From the NCBI GenBank assembly GCA_023515725.1, contig JALDTO010000266.1, positions 1,757,608-1,821,607 of the forward strand: a stretch of DNA of 64,000 nt. Direction: 5' to 3'. The notes under the pieces were generated by a model. That model was not told the DNA's origin and searched no databases. It worked only from the letters and a program-made list of their open reading frames with translations. The DNA is from Amoeboaphelidium protococcarum X5. Taxonomy: Eukaryota > Fungi > Aphelidiomycota. The position numbers were made by a program, and so were the translations under genes. Shown here piece after piece: positions 1-13,025 of the stretch (positions within the stretch are counted from its first letter, which is position 1; each line of letters starts with the position of its first letter).

Positions 1-2
1 TT

Positions 3-2033
3 AAGCATCCCGTGCTGTTCGATTATGATCTGGTCACGCGAACTTATAATGATCTGAAGCTTGATTGTGGCAAGAGTTCATTCTTAGTGGCCAATGATGG
101 ATTTAATATTCGGTATCGCGTATTTATGCCATAACAATCTGATGATCGAGTGTAAGCTAACGTGATTCTATTTCAAATGGATTTCAAGCTTATTCTCCCT
201 TGGCTCCTATCATGTAAACTGCCAGTAGCTGTGTACGCCGTGGAACTTCGAGGGATTGATAATTCATCTATAGTTCATAGCACAGATGTGATTTTGGGCG
301 ATATTCGGCTGTTTGTGTGTCACCTGAAATTTAATAATCCTGACATTCCACTGCTTATTGGTGGTCACGGCTTTGGTGCATCTGCCTGTATTAACTATTC
401 GAACTGGCGATATAGAGAACCTGTGAATGGCTATCTTTTCATCTCCCCGCTGATTGATTATCTATCACTCAATACTGCAGATTCTGGAATGGTGAAAACT
501 CACAATATGATCAAGCTGTACACGGTCGATGAGTAGAAGCACTGGTTTAACACTATGAGAAGTTCAGCTTCTGTTAAGTTACTCACCACATTCAATAGCG
601 CCTTAAATTCTGCTGCTGCATCCACTTAGAATTCTAATACTAATAGTCCGCTCGGTTCATTGTGTCAAATCTCTGACAGCTCATCCATCACCATCTCCTA
701 GCCGTTGTGGGGTGCGTTAACTTGTAAAAATGTCTAGTCACTCTTTGGTAATATGGAAGTCCCGTTCGGTCTGTACCTTGGCTCAGAAGATGAGCTTACG
801 TGTGCCCATTAATTTGTCAGTATGGTGGAGTAGCAGACTGATAAAGTGTACCTCAAAGATTTGCAGGTGATGAGAGGATCAAGTCATATGTCGTCACTGA
901 TCACGGCTTCTGCGCACATTGTTCCATTCATTAAAAAGTTTATCAAGATTGTGTCTCCTAAGCTGTCATTTAAGATGAGGAATCCCAAGCTATCGTAATT
1001 TGAAAAAGTCTAATTCATCGGCAGAGGGTCTTTCGGTAAGGTGTATTTGGTGCGGCACATCGAGTCTGATCGCTACTATGCCATGAAAGTCTTGAGTAAG
1101 AGTCAGATATTTAAACTCAACGAGGTGAAGCATGTCATTACTGAGCGTAATATACTCTCAGACTTGAATTCACAGTACGTGGTGTCTTTTGTCGGCTCGA
1201 TGCAAGATGGGCATAATCTGTACATTTTAATGGAGTATGTGATTGGAGGTGAATTGTTCACTCAGTTGACTCTTCGCAAATGCTTCAATGTGGATACTGC
1301 GCGATTTTATGCTGCGGAAGTTGTCTTATTTCTGGAACATATGCACAGTAACTAGATTATTTATCGTGATATTAAACCAGAGAATATTCTGATTGATGCT
1401 ATGGGACATATAAAGTTTACAGATTTTGGATTTGCCAAGTATTTGCGCAAACGGACGTTCACCTTTTGTGGCACTCCGCAGTATATGGCTCCTGAGATTA
1501 TCATAAATGCTGAACTGGGCAGGAGAGGACTTGGATATTCATTCGCTGTCGATTTCTACTCTCTCGGTATCCTGATATTTGAGATGCTCGTTGGTTAGAC
1601 TCCATTTCATGACCTCAATGTGAAAGATGTGTATAGAAAGATCCTGTACGGACAAGTTGAATTCCCGTGGTCGATGGATCCTGATGCCAAAGATTTGATT
1701 AGACTTCTATTAACAAAGAATCCTAGCAAACGGCTCGGTGTCAATGGCATTGAAGAGATCAAAAATCATAAATGGTTCTAGTCTATAAACTGGGAATAGC
1801 TTAGACGGCGAGAAATTGCTCCGCCCTTCATTCCAAGATTCACACATGCTGCTGATACTAGAAATTTCATACCATGGAAAAGTGGACAAAAGAATGTACG
1901 CGGCGATGAATATGATCAAGCAGGCTTGGACACCGCATGTAACCGCGATTAGGAAGATAGTAAGAAAGTGGCAGATGACGTTGGCCAATCTAGAGAAAAT
2001 GATGATTATGGTAATGCTTTTGATCAGTTCTGA
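3..2033 (+). CDS. Alpha/beta-hydrolase-like (Hydrolase_4-type) domain fused to a PKA/PRKX-like AGC kinase catalytic domain; 5' end lies outside the window
   Basis: One frame without TGA from 3 to the TGA at 2031-2033 when TAR=Gln. Hydrolase-like motifs: [33 protein letters not shown]. Kinase motifs: [46 protein letters not shown]-terminal FDQF. Confidence 0.9.
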
Positions 2034-2091
2034 TTATTTAAATGAAATAGCATAAGGTTTTAATAAATTTGAAATTTATCTCTCAAATTTT

Positions 2092-2850
2092 TCAGTCATC
2101 ATTCCATATTTCAGTTTTAGCTGCTTTGTGGCGAAATAGATCCTGAGCTATGCCTTTCACTAACCCACTGCCAACTACCGTGGGTGTTGCATATAGAACG
2201 CATCTTTAAAACATATTCAATTCTCTCCCCTAAAAATGTTAATTAACTGCCGCGGTAGATGCTATGCCAGCTAAAGACAAGCCCGCAAATTTGAAGCGTT
2301 CACACGCTCTCAACTGCTTTACTTGGCTATTATCCGGTAGAGATTGAAGAGGCCGATGTCCTTTCAGCTCCAACCATTAGTTGTACCCTACCATATCTTT
2401 CTTAGGATTAGGCATTTCTTTCAAATCTAACTAGCTAATACCGCGACCATCAAGATATTTCCCCAATTTGCGCTACTAGCTATGAGAGCGTATCGCATTC
2501 CGTACGTGTGGAGCCACCTAGACGACAACGGGAGCAATCTAGCAAATGTGCGCCACAGAAAGAGGGCGGTCCCCCTTGGCAAAGCCGCACACCTGCTACA
2601 GCGCCAAGCTCATATCTAATGCACTCAGTATACCGTATGTTTTTTTCTACTTCTTCAAGGACTAGAATCTATACGCGGCCTCACCAACATTATCAGATAT
2701 TATTGCATTATCCACTTAGGAGCAGACGTGAGCTACGGCCTATTCGCACGGCATTGAGCCAAACCAACCGTTCATCGCTGTGGGCTCTACCGCGTCAACG
2801 GAGAAGACTGTGATCAAACAGCAAATCAGCGCTAATAATTGACAATTCAT
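2092..2850 (-). CDS. Hypothetical secreted protein (~252 aa), absent from the ORF track
   Basis: ATG at 2850 to TGA at 2092-2094 with no internal TGA. The N-terminus MNCQLLALICCLITVFSVDA looks like a signal peptide. No domain recognised. Confidence 0.7.
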
Positions 2851-3549
2851 AGGTAATATTATATATGAGTTTAAACTACTGTGCGTGATTTATAAGGGAT
2901 ATATAATAATGTACGTCAAAAAAGGATAAAAAGTATGATGCATTGAGGACCTGAACAATCCGCGCGTGATTTTCAAAAAATGTCGTGGACTCGTGTCGGA
3001 TCTGATTGGTGATATGTCCAAGTTACGGCATGCATCATCACGTATTGGATGGATGAATGAATTGATGGCGCACTTTATAACTCAGAGTTTTTATGAAAAT
3101 AAATAAAACTATCTATAACACTCTTTAGTAATGCTGCTATTTTCACTTCCTATTCTGCTGCGGCAGTTCAGTGTGCCGATCGTTTTCACCGACCACTCAC
3201 ATAAAACCTGTGATGTTTGGTATGTTACGTCTTGCTTCTTGATCAAGGTAAAAATACAGTTGAAACGTATACAATGCTTGATCGATGGATTATGCACAGT
3301 GCTGTAGATGGGCATTCCTCCTTTTAGGAAACTACGGCCAACTGCTTTCCACAGAGGCACTGACCCGTTGGTCTCCTACGATTCAGTGATTGGGTGCTAT
3401 TTTAAGCCTGAATATATATTGCATAGCTAGATTATCGTACGAGCCTCGCTGCTTTCGTCTCTCCCTCCCTCCCTCTCTACCACGTCTTCTCATAACATAC
3501 TGCATATTGTCTTGATACATTTTGTTTAAATAAATAGTGCCCAATCTTC

Positions 3550-4893
3550 ATGATAAGCTTTTGGCTAATTGTTGCATTTGCTCTTTTTCATCCAGCGCTA
3601 TGTAGTATATACGTAAAGGCTTTTGGTGTGCTTTCCATTGTTACTGGCGTGAAGTTGAGCTCTGATGGATATGTCTGGATATCAGGCTCTTACAATGGTC
3701 TTTACGCTCTGCAGCGCTTCTCTCCCTCTACTGTTAAATATAATCTTACAACCTTTGGTCAAGGCACTGGTAATATTATAGCCGCTCTCAGCATTGACAC
3801 TGCAACGCAAGAAATTTACGCAGTTGGTCCTTGCACGAATGCTTTTAACGGTTAGTCGCTGAAAGCCAATGGCGATATATCCCTGGTGAAGTTGAACTCT
3901 ACCGGCACGGTGATTTGGACTGTAATTTTTGGCTCTTAGTTTCTTGATGTCCCCAAGTCTGTCTTTGTGGATTCTTATAACTAGTTTGTGTACGTGGCTG
4001 GCTATACTTATGGTAAAGTTAACAGTGTGAACGATGTGGTTTCAACCTAATCTTAGGGATTTATTTCCAAGTATAGGCCTGATGGTACTCATATATGGAC
4101 TATTTAAAAGTCTTCCCCTAGTTCTTATGAGTTCAGATCCGTAATTGCGTCCTCAAATGGTAATGGCTATATATATGTCGGTGGTATTGTAGAAGGCTTG
4201 TATGCTTACTTTGGAGTATATTCTTCAAGCAACGGACAGCTAGTAGTGGAAAGTGTCTAGAGTGTCATTTCTGGATTTAATGTTCTTGCTTTTAGCTTGG
4301 CTCGAGATAAGGTGTTTGCTGCAGGTTTTATCGGTGCTTCTGTAGACGGCAAGTCGGCCTATGGCGGTTTAGATCACTGGGTTACCTCCTTTAATTTAAA
4401 TGGTGTAAGAGGTGCTCAAAGTATGCTTTTCGGTTCTGCTTAGGACGATGCTCTTGAGGCTATCGATGTGGATTTCTACGCTGGTACGGTGTGGGTGTCA
4501 GGATGGAAAAATGTTTATGATACTTTGTCTGACTCCGTGTACCGAGAAGGTTACTACGCATAGATTGACCCAACTACTCTAGTTCAGGGCCCAGCTCAAA
4601 TGGTGTCTTTTTCTTCGTAGTATAACAATACAGCGACTGGAATTGCTATTGATGGATTTGGATATATAAATATTCCAGTCGATTATACGTAGTTTGGCAA
4701 TAAGAATGCTTTCTTTTTTATAGATAGAACATTGCCAAGAGCGTATCAGCCAATGGTGACTACGGCTACAAGGAAGACTACCACAACCACGACTACTAGC
4801 TCTACCACGACTACTCGTACAACTCCTACCACAACTACGACAAGCACTACTACAACTACAAGTACCACGACGACAACTACTACCACAACCACA

Positions 4894-4940
<47 letters not shown>

Positions 4941-6368
4941 ACGGACAACGACTACTACTACCACCACTACGACGACAACTCCTACCACGAGTACTACATC
5001 TTCATTTGCTGTAACCACCTCCGATGGTACTATTTTAGCTACTGGTATTTCCTTGGTGTTCGCTACTCAATTTATCACGGCGACAACATCTACTGATGGT
5101 ATGGCGGTGTCTCCAGACAGTAGTAGTCGGATATATGTCACTAACAGTTCTGTCATTGGAAGCTCATCTGCTCTATCTCCTAAAAGCAAAGTACTCACCG
5201 ATGCAGTGTCAACTTTTAAGTCTGTGTCATTGTCATTTGCTGAAGTTTCTTCTACTGTTAGTTTGTACTCCTCTAATGCGTATTCATCATGTGTATTTTG
5301 TGGAATAATTAACAGTGCCGTGGATTCAGGGACTCCTACTCCATCTTTGACCACCCAGGATGAATCACTTAGAAGTGTTAACAAGAATGCTAATGGCTAA
5401 TTGGCAGTCCAAATTGTAAGCATTATGGCATACATTGTAATTGCTATTGTGCTGATTGCGCCAGCTCTGTTGTTGGTTCGGCGCCGCAGATAATCAGCTT
5501 CGGTTAAAAAGGCTGGCTTACTAAGAACCTTGTCACAGCAGCAGACGAATTTTGTTGCTAGCACTATTATGCAAACTCAAACTACCGCATTGCCTACCAA
5601 TTACGCTATTTACATCCCTGCATTCTTGAAGTTTTATTTTGGCACTGACTTTTAAGTGTTGAACTAAATTGCAGCAGGTGGAATGTCCAAGATTTACATG
5701 GCACGTCCTCTTGCGCCACAGCTAGTTAAAAACGTGGAAAATGATTAGATTGTAGCAAAGGTGAGCACACGTTCATTTACTCAAATGCAGGCTAGTGAAC
5801 AACAGGCTTTCTATTAAGAGCTGAGTCTGCTGTATAAGTTCAGGAATGTTCCGTTCATCACTAAGCTGCATGGTTACTGTGATACAAATGAAGCAGTGAT
5901 GTTGATTAAGTTCTATCCTATGGGTGCTTTGTCTGACTATGCTCTTGGAGAGAGTCCTGCGGCTTAAATGTATCCTATGTCCAAGATTAATTGCATAAAC
6001 TGATGCTTATTTTGTCTCAGACAATTGCTTACATGCATAGTTAGCATATTGTTCACTGTGATATTAAGCCTTAGAATGTTCTGTTAGACGCGGACGAAAA
6101 TGGCTGGTTAGTCCCAATTTTGTCAGACTTTGGTATCTCGTCCATCACTGATGATACCGCACTGCTGGTGTCTGCTTTTTAGGTTAGTTGGTAGCGTGGA
6201 TTGTCCCTATCGTATGCTGCTCCTGAGTTATTTGTTCGGTTTAGATCGCGTTACACTGAGACATCACCTTAGATCTTGAAAGCTGCCGATGTCTATGCTC
6301 TGTCCATAATCATGCTCAATATGATAACTCGCGCTAAGCCTTGGTCAGTTAAGCAGCGCTACTAATGA
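3550..6368 (+). pseudogene. Receptor-like protein kinase (signal peptide, SBBP-like beta-propeller, Thr stalk, TM, non-RD kinase) with a 1-bp frameshift near 5987 (pseudogene or assembly error)
   Basis: Open from ATG 3550 to an in-frame TGA at 6001. HCDIKPQN, DFG and YAAPE continue in the shifted frame to TGA 6366-6368. Alignment with the paralog at 21683-24538 shows one missing base (tccaag-attaat-tgcataaac vs tccaag-aatcaga-tgcataaac). Confidence 0.8.
4756..4999 (+). repeat. ACN/ACT trinucleotide repeat encoding a poly-Thr mucin-like stalk
   Basis: Pure (ACT)n core at about 4894-4940 within a degenerate Thr-codon run. Confidence 0.95.
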
Positions 6369-6528
6369 ATGTATGGTCAATCGAAACTCCTATCATACAA
6401 AGTGATCCGGAAAATAATGAGAGATTAAGAGCTATAGAAATACAGTTAGTCCAATCTGGTCAGATTTAGAGATTTAATTGAAATTTTCCATTTAAAATTC
6501 ATATTGTTAACGAGTTAAAGAGGAAGTA

Positions 6529-8355
6529 TCAACGATAATATTAAAAAAACAACGACGGAGCCAGATCCAGCCTTAGAGGATCGAAGCCAAAGACGCTATA
6601 ATCAGAGCCACTGGAGCTTATCACAGCTACATCCAAAACTATTTCATCGAATGGTTTGCGTTCATTTAGTAAATTAAGTAAATCTGGAGAGTTCCAAACT
6701 TCATGCTTTTCACAAGAGTCATCATCAATTGTCCATATCACAAATTCACTAGTTGATACGGACGCGTCTTCATTAGGCAATACAGCTCTTATATGTAGAT
6801 GCATACGTTTACAACTACAACCATGTCCGTAAAACTGCAGATTCACACTTTATAGACGGCTACCTCTATATACATTGTCTTTCATGTTAAACTTGAATCT
6901 TAGCATTAACTAAGTTTCATCAGATGGCGGATGTTAATGTTTACTAGTTTTGTGTACTAAATCAATAGCATCTAACTAGAAATTGATTATTTTCTGCTCA
7001 TGAATTCTCCACTCGTCAAATTCCGACTTCTTAAATAAAATATCATCTCGACGTCTTATGGACGATTCACCAGATTGTACAGATAAAGTCGATACGAAAT
7101 CATCCTCAGACTAATAATCATTTCCAGGCAACTTGGTGATATCGTTATTGATGACAAACTAATCATAAACTATACCATCAATAGTCTTAAATTGACATTT
7201 GCCCACAAGTCCTTCATCTTAGCTCTCATGACGTTAAATCTTGGCGCCTTTCAAGGTGCGTTGATGACTAGAAGTCCAAAATTCACACAGCAGAGCTCCG
7301 TGATTAATATTCTGCTGTTGACAACCGTAGCTCGCCCACCAATGTTCTTTATCGATATTCTTGCGACACTACCGTATACTTCTACCTCCAAGACCAGACA
7401 CGAAAGCGAACGTTTCTCCTCTACGAATAGTTACAGTTGACACATCTGCAGCCTCATTAGGAGCACTGTCCTCCCCAACCACGGTCAAAGGGTGATGATG
7501 GTGATGTTGATCAACAACAGACGCATTAACGAAGTCAGACATAACTTTGGTTCTTGAATAGCTATGTTCATGAGCAGTAGCAATGATAGCACCGTGTCTG
7601 CGACAGACTTCATACACCTCATATCCAACTTCATCCTGCTTCGTTCCCGTCTAGTACTTGTGCTGATTCTTATGGAAAACACAAATCTTCCATGGAACGT
7701 CTCGATTAGCTTTGAAAACATCATCGATGAATTGCGGATGCTTGCCACCTCTGGTAGCCACACCAGAAAACACCATAAAAATATTTTAGTAAAGACATAC
7801 CATTTTCACACCATATATACCTTTGCAGTGTCTATCAAAGCCAGACAGAACCAATTGATTTTACAGAACATCCTTGTACCACTCCCACTCATACAAATCA
7901 TGATTCCCTATACAAGACAAATACGGGAACCGCGTGCCCATCACATCCTAGAGCTGCTTCTAAAATGCAGTAGGATTATCAACATAATCAAAGTCACCAG
8001 CGTGTACAATCAGATCAGCGTCCCATTTTCGGATCAGTTTCAAAACTTTTCGCGACTGATCGCCCAGTCCCTGATCGCCAATAAAAGCAATTTTAACTTT
8101 GGATTTATCTCCACCCTTCTTTTGCTTTCTCTTTTTCTACTTCTTCCAACTTTCTGCCTGGTCTAACAATACTAGCTGATTAGAAGAATCTTTCTCTTAA
8201 TGCACTTGTATGTTATCAGTGTAATTTAACGGCACAGATGGATCCCAGCCATCGAGGTCGAGATCGTCTTTAAAACCATTGTTATAACCAGAACCAAACG
8301 GCGTAACCAACTCTAGCAGAGATATTGTTACACTAAGTAAAGTAATAAGAAGCAT
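6529..8355 (-). CDS. Secreted calcineurin-like metallophosphoesterase with a C-terminal extension
   Basis: Signal-like MLLITLLSVTISLL. Motifs FIGDQG, HAGDFDY, IGNHD, SWH and TAHEHSYSR lie in one frame ending at TGA 6529-6531. Confidence 0.85.
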
Positions 8356-8696
8356 GGTATATCAGAGAATTCTACCACTAGGGTGAAAAAACCAGATACT
8401 TAATACTCTTGGGTGATAAAGGTATGACTGCCTCTAAATGTCTAGTTATAAAACTGGAACAATAGATACAAAGAGAAAATAATTTTCCGAAAGCTTAACA
8501 AGGCGAACGAGAGTGAGGACGATGGCGCGTGTGGCGCATGTTTCACAATTTGTTTACATAACATAACGCTGGGATGAATGAATGATTACAGAATATCATC
8601 GCGTGATATTCACAGAAAGGTGATTAGGTGTGTTATTATAGTAAACGAGAAATCAACATGAGCTTGATGATCAGATCGATTTATAATTATCAAGAA

Positions 8697-10355
8697 TCAT
8701 GCGGAAAATGTTTCAGCATTAATTGTGATACCGTACTGATCCTTGAGCTGAGATGCCATCTATGAGTCTAATACCTCTTCAAATCCAATTCTACGGTTAC
8801 CAGAGAGCCACGACCGAATTGACAAGATGAAGTTGGACAGTCTGAACGCTATAGAGAGTACAAATAGCCTTAGTTTAAATGATAGAGTATCGTAATTCTC
8901 CACAAGCTATCCTCGTACAACGTCCACCAGTCTTTCGCTCTTATAATCTTTGTTTACATAACGCTAATCAGCACAGTTACGAGCTGCGTAATCAGCCATA
9001 ATGTTAATTCTATTGACAGGACTACCTAAAAGCTTGTTCACACTTCTAACCAAATTAATATTTCTGCCCACGAATATCAACTCAAGAGGAATCTATGCAG
9101 AGTTGGCCAGAAATTTTTAAATACGATCTTTAGATGCAGTTTACATTTTGTACATTTCTTCCCTCGATATGGTAACTCTTCCCTGATGTACCAGCTGCTT
9201 CCCACTGAATGGCTTCTAAATAGTGGCTGAAGCGAATATTTTAAAATCACTCATTCCCCATTTAGAACAAATCTCCTTCATTGTATTGGTATCCAGGAGG
9301 AAAATAGACTTCCAAAATCGAGCATACTACAGCCTAAACTCTTCACTTTCTTCAATATACAAACCATGATCCAAAAGTACCAATTAAGTTTACTGGCCTC
9401 CACCATTCTTGTTATTAATTTTACGCACAAGAACATTGGCAGCATGAGGATCAGAATGAACAAAGCCGGCGGAGAATATTTAATGTGAGAACATTTCAAC
9501 AAAAATGCGCATAATCTCTATCAAATTATAGCCATTCTGACGCAATTCATCTGGTTCAACCAGCGTGAGTCCATCAATCCACTCGGTAGTCATCACCCGA
9601 GATGTAGTGTAGTCCCAGAATACTTTAGGCACATATGTGACATCACGAAGCCTGCGATTGCTCCACAGATCACGAAATGCACGTTCAGAATTCTAGGCCT
9701 CATTAATAAAATCCACCTCCTATCTCAAATGCTTCTCAGTGTAATCTTTGGTCCACATGATGGGTAATTCGAACGCATACTCAAACACTCTCAATAATTA
9801 CCCATACACGAACATGTCCCAATCGAGCTACTTCCGAATATAAGGCTTCTGTACTTTGACAGCTACGCGGGTGCCATCTGGCAGCACAGCCTTATGCACC
9901 TGGGCAATAGACGCAGATGCAATTGGCACAGGATCGAATTCTTTAAACAACTCTAATGGTTCAGCTTTAAATTCCTCTCGGAACGTTTACAGGACATCGC
10001 TGAACGGGACAGTCGGAGCATCTTGAAACAATCGCTTCAGTGTGTTGGCATACTGCGGTGGGAGTATATGATTGAAAGAGCAGACACCTTGACCAAATTT
10101 AACATACAAGCCACCATTTTTCTGACATGTATGCAGAATTCTATCAGCGACTCTCTAATGGATAGCATCGATATCTGCATTGGGGCCAAAATTCACCTTG
10201 TACTCATAAGTGATCCTCACACCATTATATAGAGTTCGCAGATTCCTTTAAATACTCTTAGCATATAGCCTGTCATCCGCCACGTATCCAACACCAAGAA
10301 CGGCGCCTAATGTTAACAATCGTCTAGCAGATTTACCTTTGAATATTGACGTCAT
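8697..10355 (-). CDS. ABC1/UbiB family atypical kinase (ADCK1/Mcp2-like)
   Basis: [46 protein letters not shown] motifs with TAR=Gln. Confidence 0.9.
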
Positions 10356-10705
10356 CTTAGCCGAGAATGAAGATGATAAAGGAGAGGAAGAGATCAAATC
10401 TTTCCCCAGCGAGAAACAATGCGACTCACCGCGTTGCTGTAATGAAACTAAAATACTTTGCTTATTATACTGGCTAGCTTAATCTTAATTTTGTGCATGC
10501 TTATAATTCATTACTATTCGTACTTTATTTTTTACTAACTATATCCGCGTTATAAAAGCTTATAATTTTTGATATCTGAAAGATTAGTCAATGCACAATC
10601 CTTTCTTTATTTGCGGTAACTTTTTTATTCACCATAAATTCTTTATTATCGCAGTCTTATTGACATTACATAAAACACTAATAAATTATTTGATTAAGAA
10701 TAGAT

Positions 10706-11152
10706 ATGAGAGTGGTGTTGTAACGCGTGAAAAGTGCAAGCGTTCTGGTGGATGGGTAAATTGTGGGATAGATTGATCGCGGTCTGTGCGTTTTGTTGGG
10801 CATTTCCACTACGGACACGATGGAGCAGGCAGATAAGATGGTGAATAAATTGTTAAATGTTAGACTATGGGACAATGTAGGTACCGGTAAATCATGGTCG
10901 GATTCGATAAAGTCTTTGAATCTCGGTCTATTGATAGTAAGTCAATTCACGCTGTACGGTAAACTGAAGGGGAATAAACCAGATTTCCATGACGCGATGA
11001 AGGCTTCAGATTCAGAGCAGTTATACAATCACGTTGTGGAGAAGTTGCGGAATCATCTCCCAGATAACAAATTACAAACTGGCAGATTTGGCGCAATGAT
11101 GGATGTTCAAATTCTCAATGATGGACCAGTGACTCTAATAGTTGACACTTGA
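10706..11152 (+). CDS. DTD1: D-aminoacyl-tRNA deacylase
   Basis: MRVVLQRV (Q=TAA), SQFTLYG, GNKPDFH, GRFGAMM, NDGPVT. Confidence 0.97.
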
Positions 11153-11248
11153 TATATTTATACGGCTTACTATACTGGAAAATCACATTCTAAAGTTTTT
11201 TAGGTTCTACGAGTTTTTTCATCAAAACTGCCTCTTATGAGGTACTCA

Positions 11249-12763
11249 TCACTTTGCAGTCTTCCACTTGAAAAAGTTGCATTATCCACTTGAATCTCCC
11301 TCTTATTTTTTGGGTCGTTTACACATGTAGAATCGTCTTCCTTTATTGTTACCTTTCTTACAAAGCAACTCTTGACACGGTTCTTTATGCCTGCAAAGAG
11401 GGACTTCGATCTATTCTTTATTAAAAATGCTTCCCCATTCACCCTTCATCTTGACCGGAGAGTTGGTGTTATTATTCCCAGTAACACTGCTTGATACAGA
11501 CTCAGTCTTGACCCTTTTCCGCGACTCTACAATTGAGATTGAGGTTGATTTTTTATATTCGACTACTTACGTACCAGAAAATTCAGAGACTAGCAATCTC
11601 TCATTAGAATATTCACTTTTAACAATTTACTGAACCTAGACACCTTCTGATTTATCCTACTGCAATAAAAGTTCTGTTGCACCGCGCTTATTACTTGAAT
11701 TGTCACGAGAAGTTGATTGAGGTTAGAGCCAACTGAGGAGAGAGTTTTAAGCCTTAAATTCTGGATAAAACTTGGCACACAATGGGGGACACTGCAAGAA
11801 CGCAGATTCCTTGTTAGACAATTATAGCAGAGAGTCTGGTAACCTCAAATTAGCCGAAACGGGACAGTGATCACTTCCGAGAATATCAGCCATGCAGTCA
11901 GCCTTCACAACTGAATCCTTCAATTACTTCGACACTAGTATATAATCAATTCTAGATCCATAATTACCATCTCGAGCACTTATATAAGTATTCCAGCAAG
12001 TATAAGTGTCTTTCTTGTTAGGATAGAGCAACCTGAAAGAATCGTGAAATTACAGCAATAGTTCATTCAATAGACGCCTAGCAGGAAGATCAAGAAACGA
12101 CTATAGTCCATGTTCTTTTATAGATTTCTACGGTTCAACGTGATCAATCTCTGCAGCGCAAGCATTCAAATCCCCCACAATTATGACAGATTTACCTAGA
12201 GAATGCAAGTGTCGACTTACTACGATCATAACTCTAAAAAAGTCTTCCTTAAATTGATCATTCATATTCGGCACATAAACATTAAGAAGATATATATTCC
12301 CAAAAACTAAGACGACGACGCGTCCCTCTTTATCCATCCTATCAATAGTGTCGAATGATATATCATATCCACCGCCATTATCTGCAGTAAGTGAATCGAA
12401 ATCTAATCTCAAGTATTTCATAAATGGAATCCAGCCATCAAACGCTTGAATTGGCCTCAATGGACTACCTCTTCTGACATAAGTCACTACTCCACTATAT
12501 CTCTTCTTGAGAGAGCTAAAAGCAAAGTACGCATCAAAGCTCTAATCAGAGGGGTGATCCATATCAGTCGGCATTGCAATATCCTTCCAACTCTTCAAGC
12601 TCAATGACGATAAAACATCACGTCCAAGCTTGTGCTCTTGAAAACAAATTATATCAGCATCCAGATCTTGGAGAACGTTAATCAGATGAGCCTTTTTCCT
12701 ATTCTTTACAAATGATACCAGAGAGTTGACATTCCAAGATAGAATTTTAACAACATTCGTCAT
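11249..12763 (-). CDS. APN2: AP endonuclease 2 (EEP domain plus C-terminal GRF zinc finger)
   Basis: SWNVN, ICFQE, YSGV, EGR, NVYVP, GDLN, YTCW, SRIDY, GSDHCP, then PLCRHKEPC...NKGRRFYMC...CNFFKW. Confidence 0.93.
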
Positions 12764-13025
12764 TGTTTGAAAATTCTTATTACTGTATATTACCTCAAAG
12801 AAGAATGAAACGCGACTGTGTTTGAGAAGATCAAATCTGCAAAGGAGGAAACAATCGAATGACGATGACACTTGTCTGCTCTAAGTTTTCGGATTATCAC
12901 CGTTTCAACGCGATCTTGCCTGATTGTTTCGATTCTGCTTGGATTTATCTTATCATTGATATTGACTGCGGTTACCTTTATTGAATTAAAAAGGAAACAA
13001 AAGGGTAAATCATTTATAAGCAACA

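Noticed and set aside
3109-3360. 83-aa ORF between the divergent genes
   Set aside because: GTG start, no motif, and it lies in a probable promoter region.
4746-5018. Poly-Val ORF (also 22965-23294)
   Set aside because: Antisense shadow of the poly-Thr stalks in the RLK genes.
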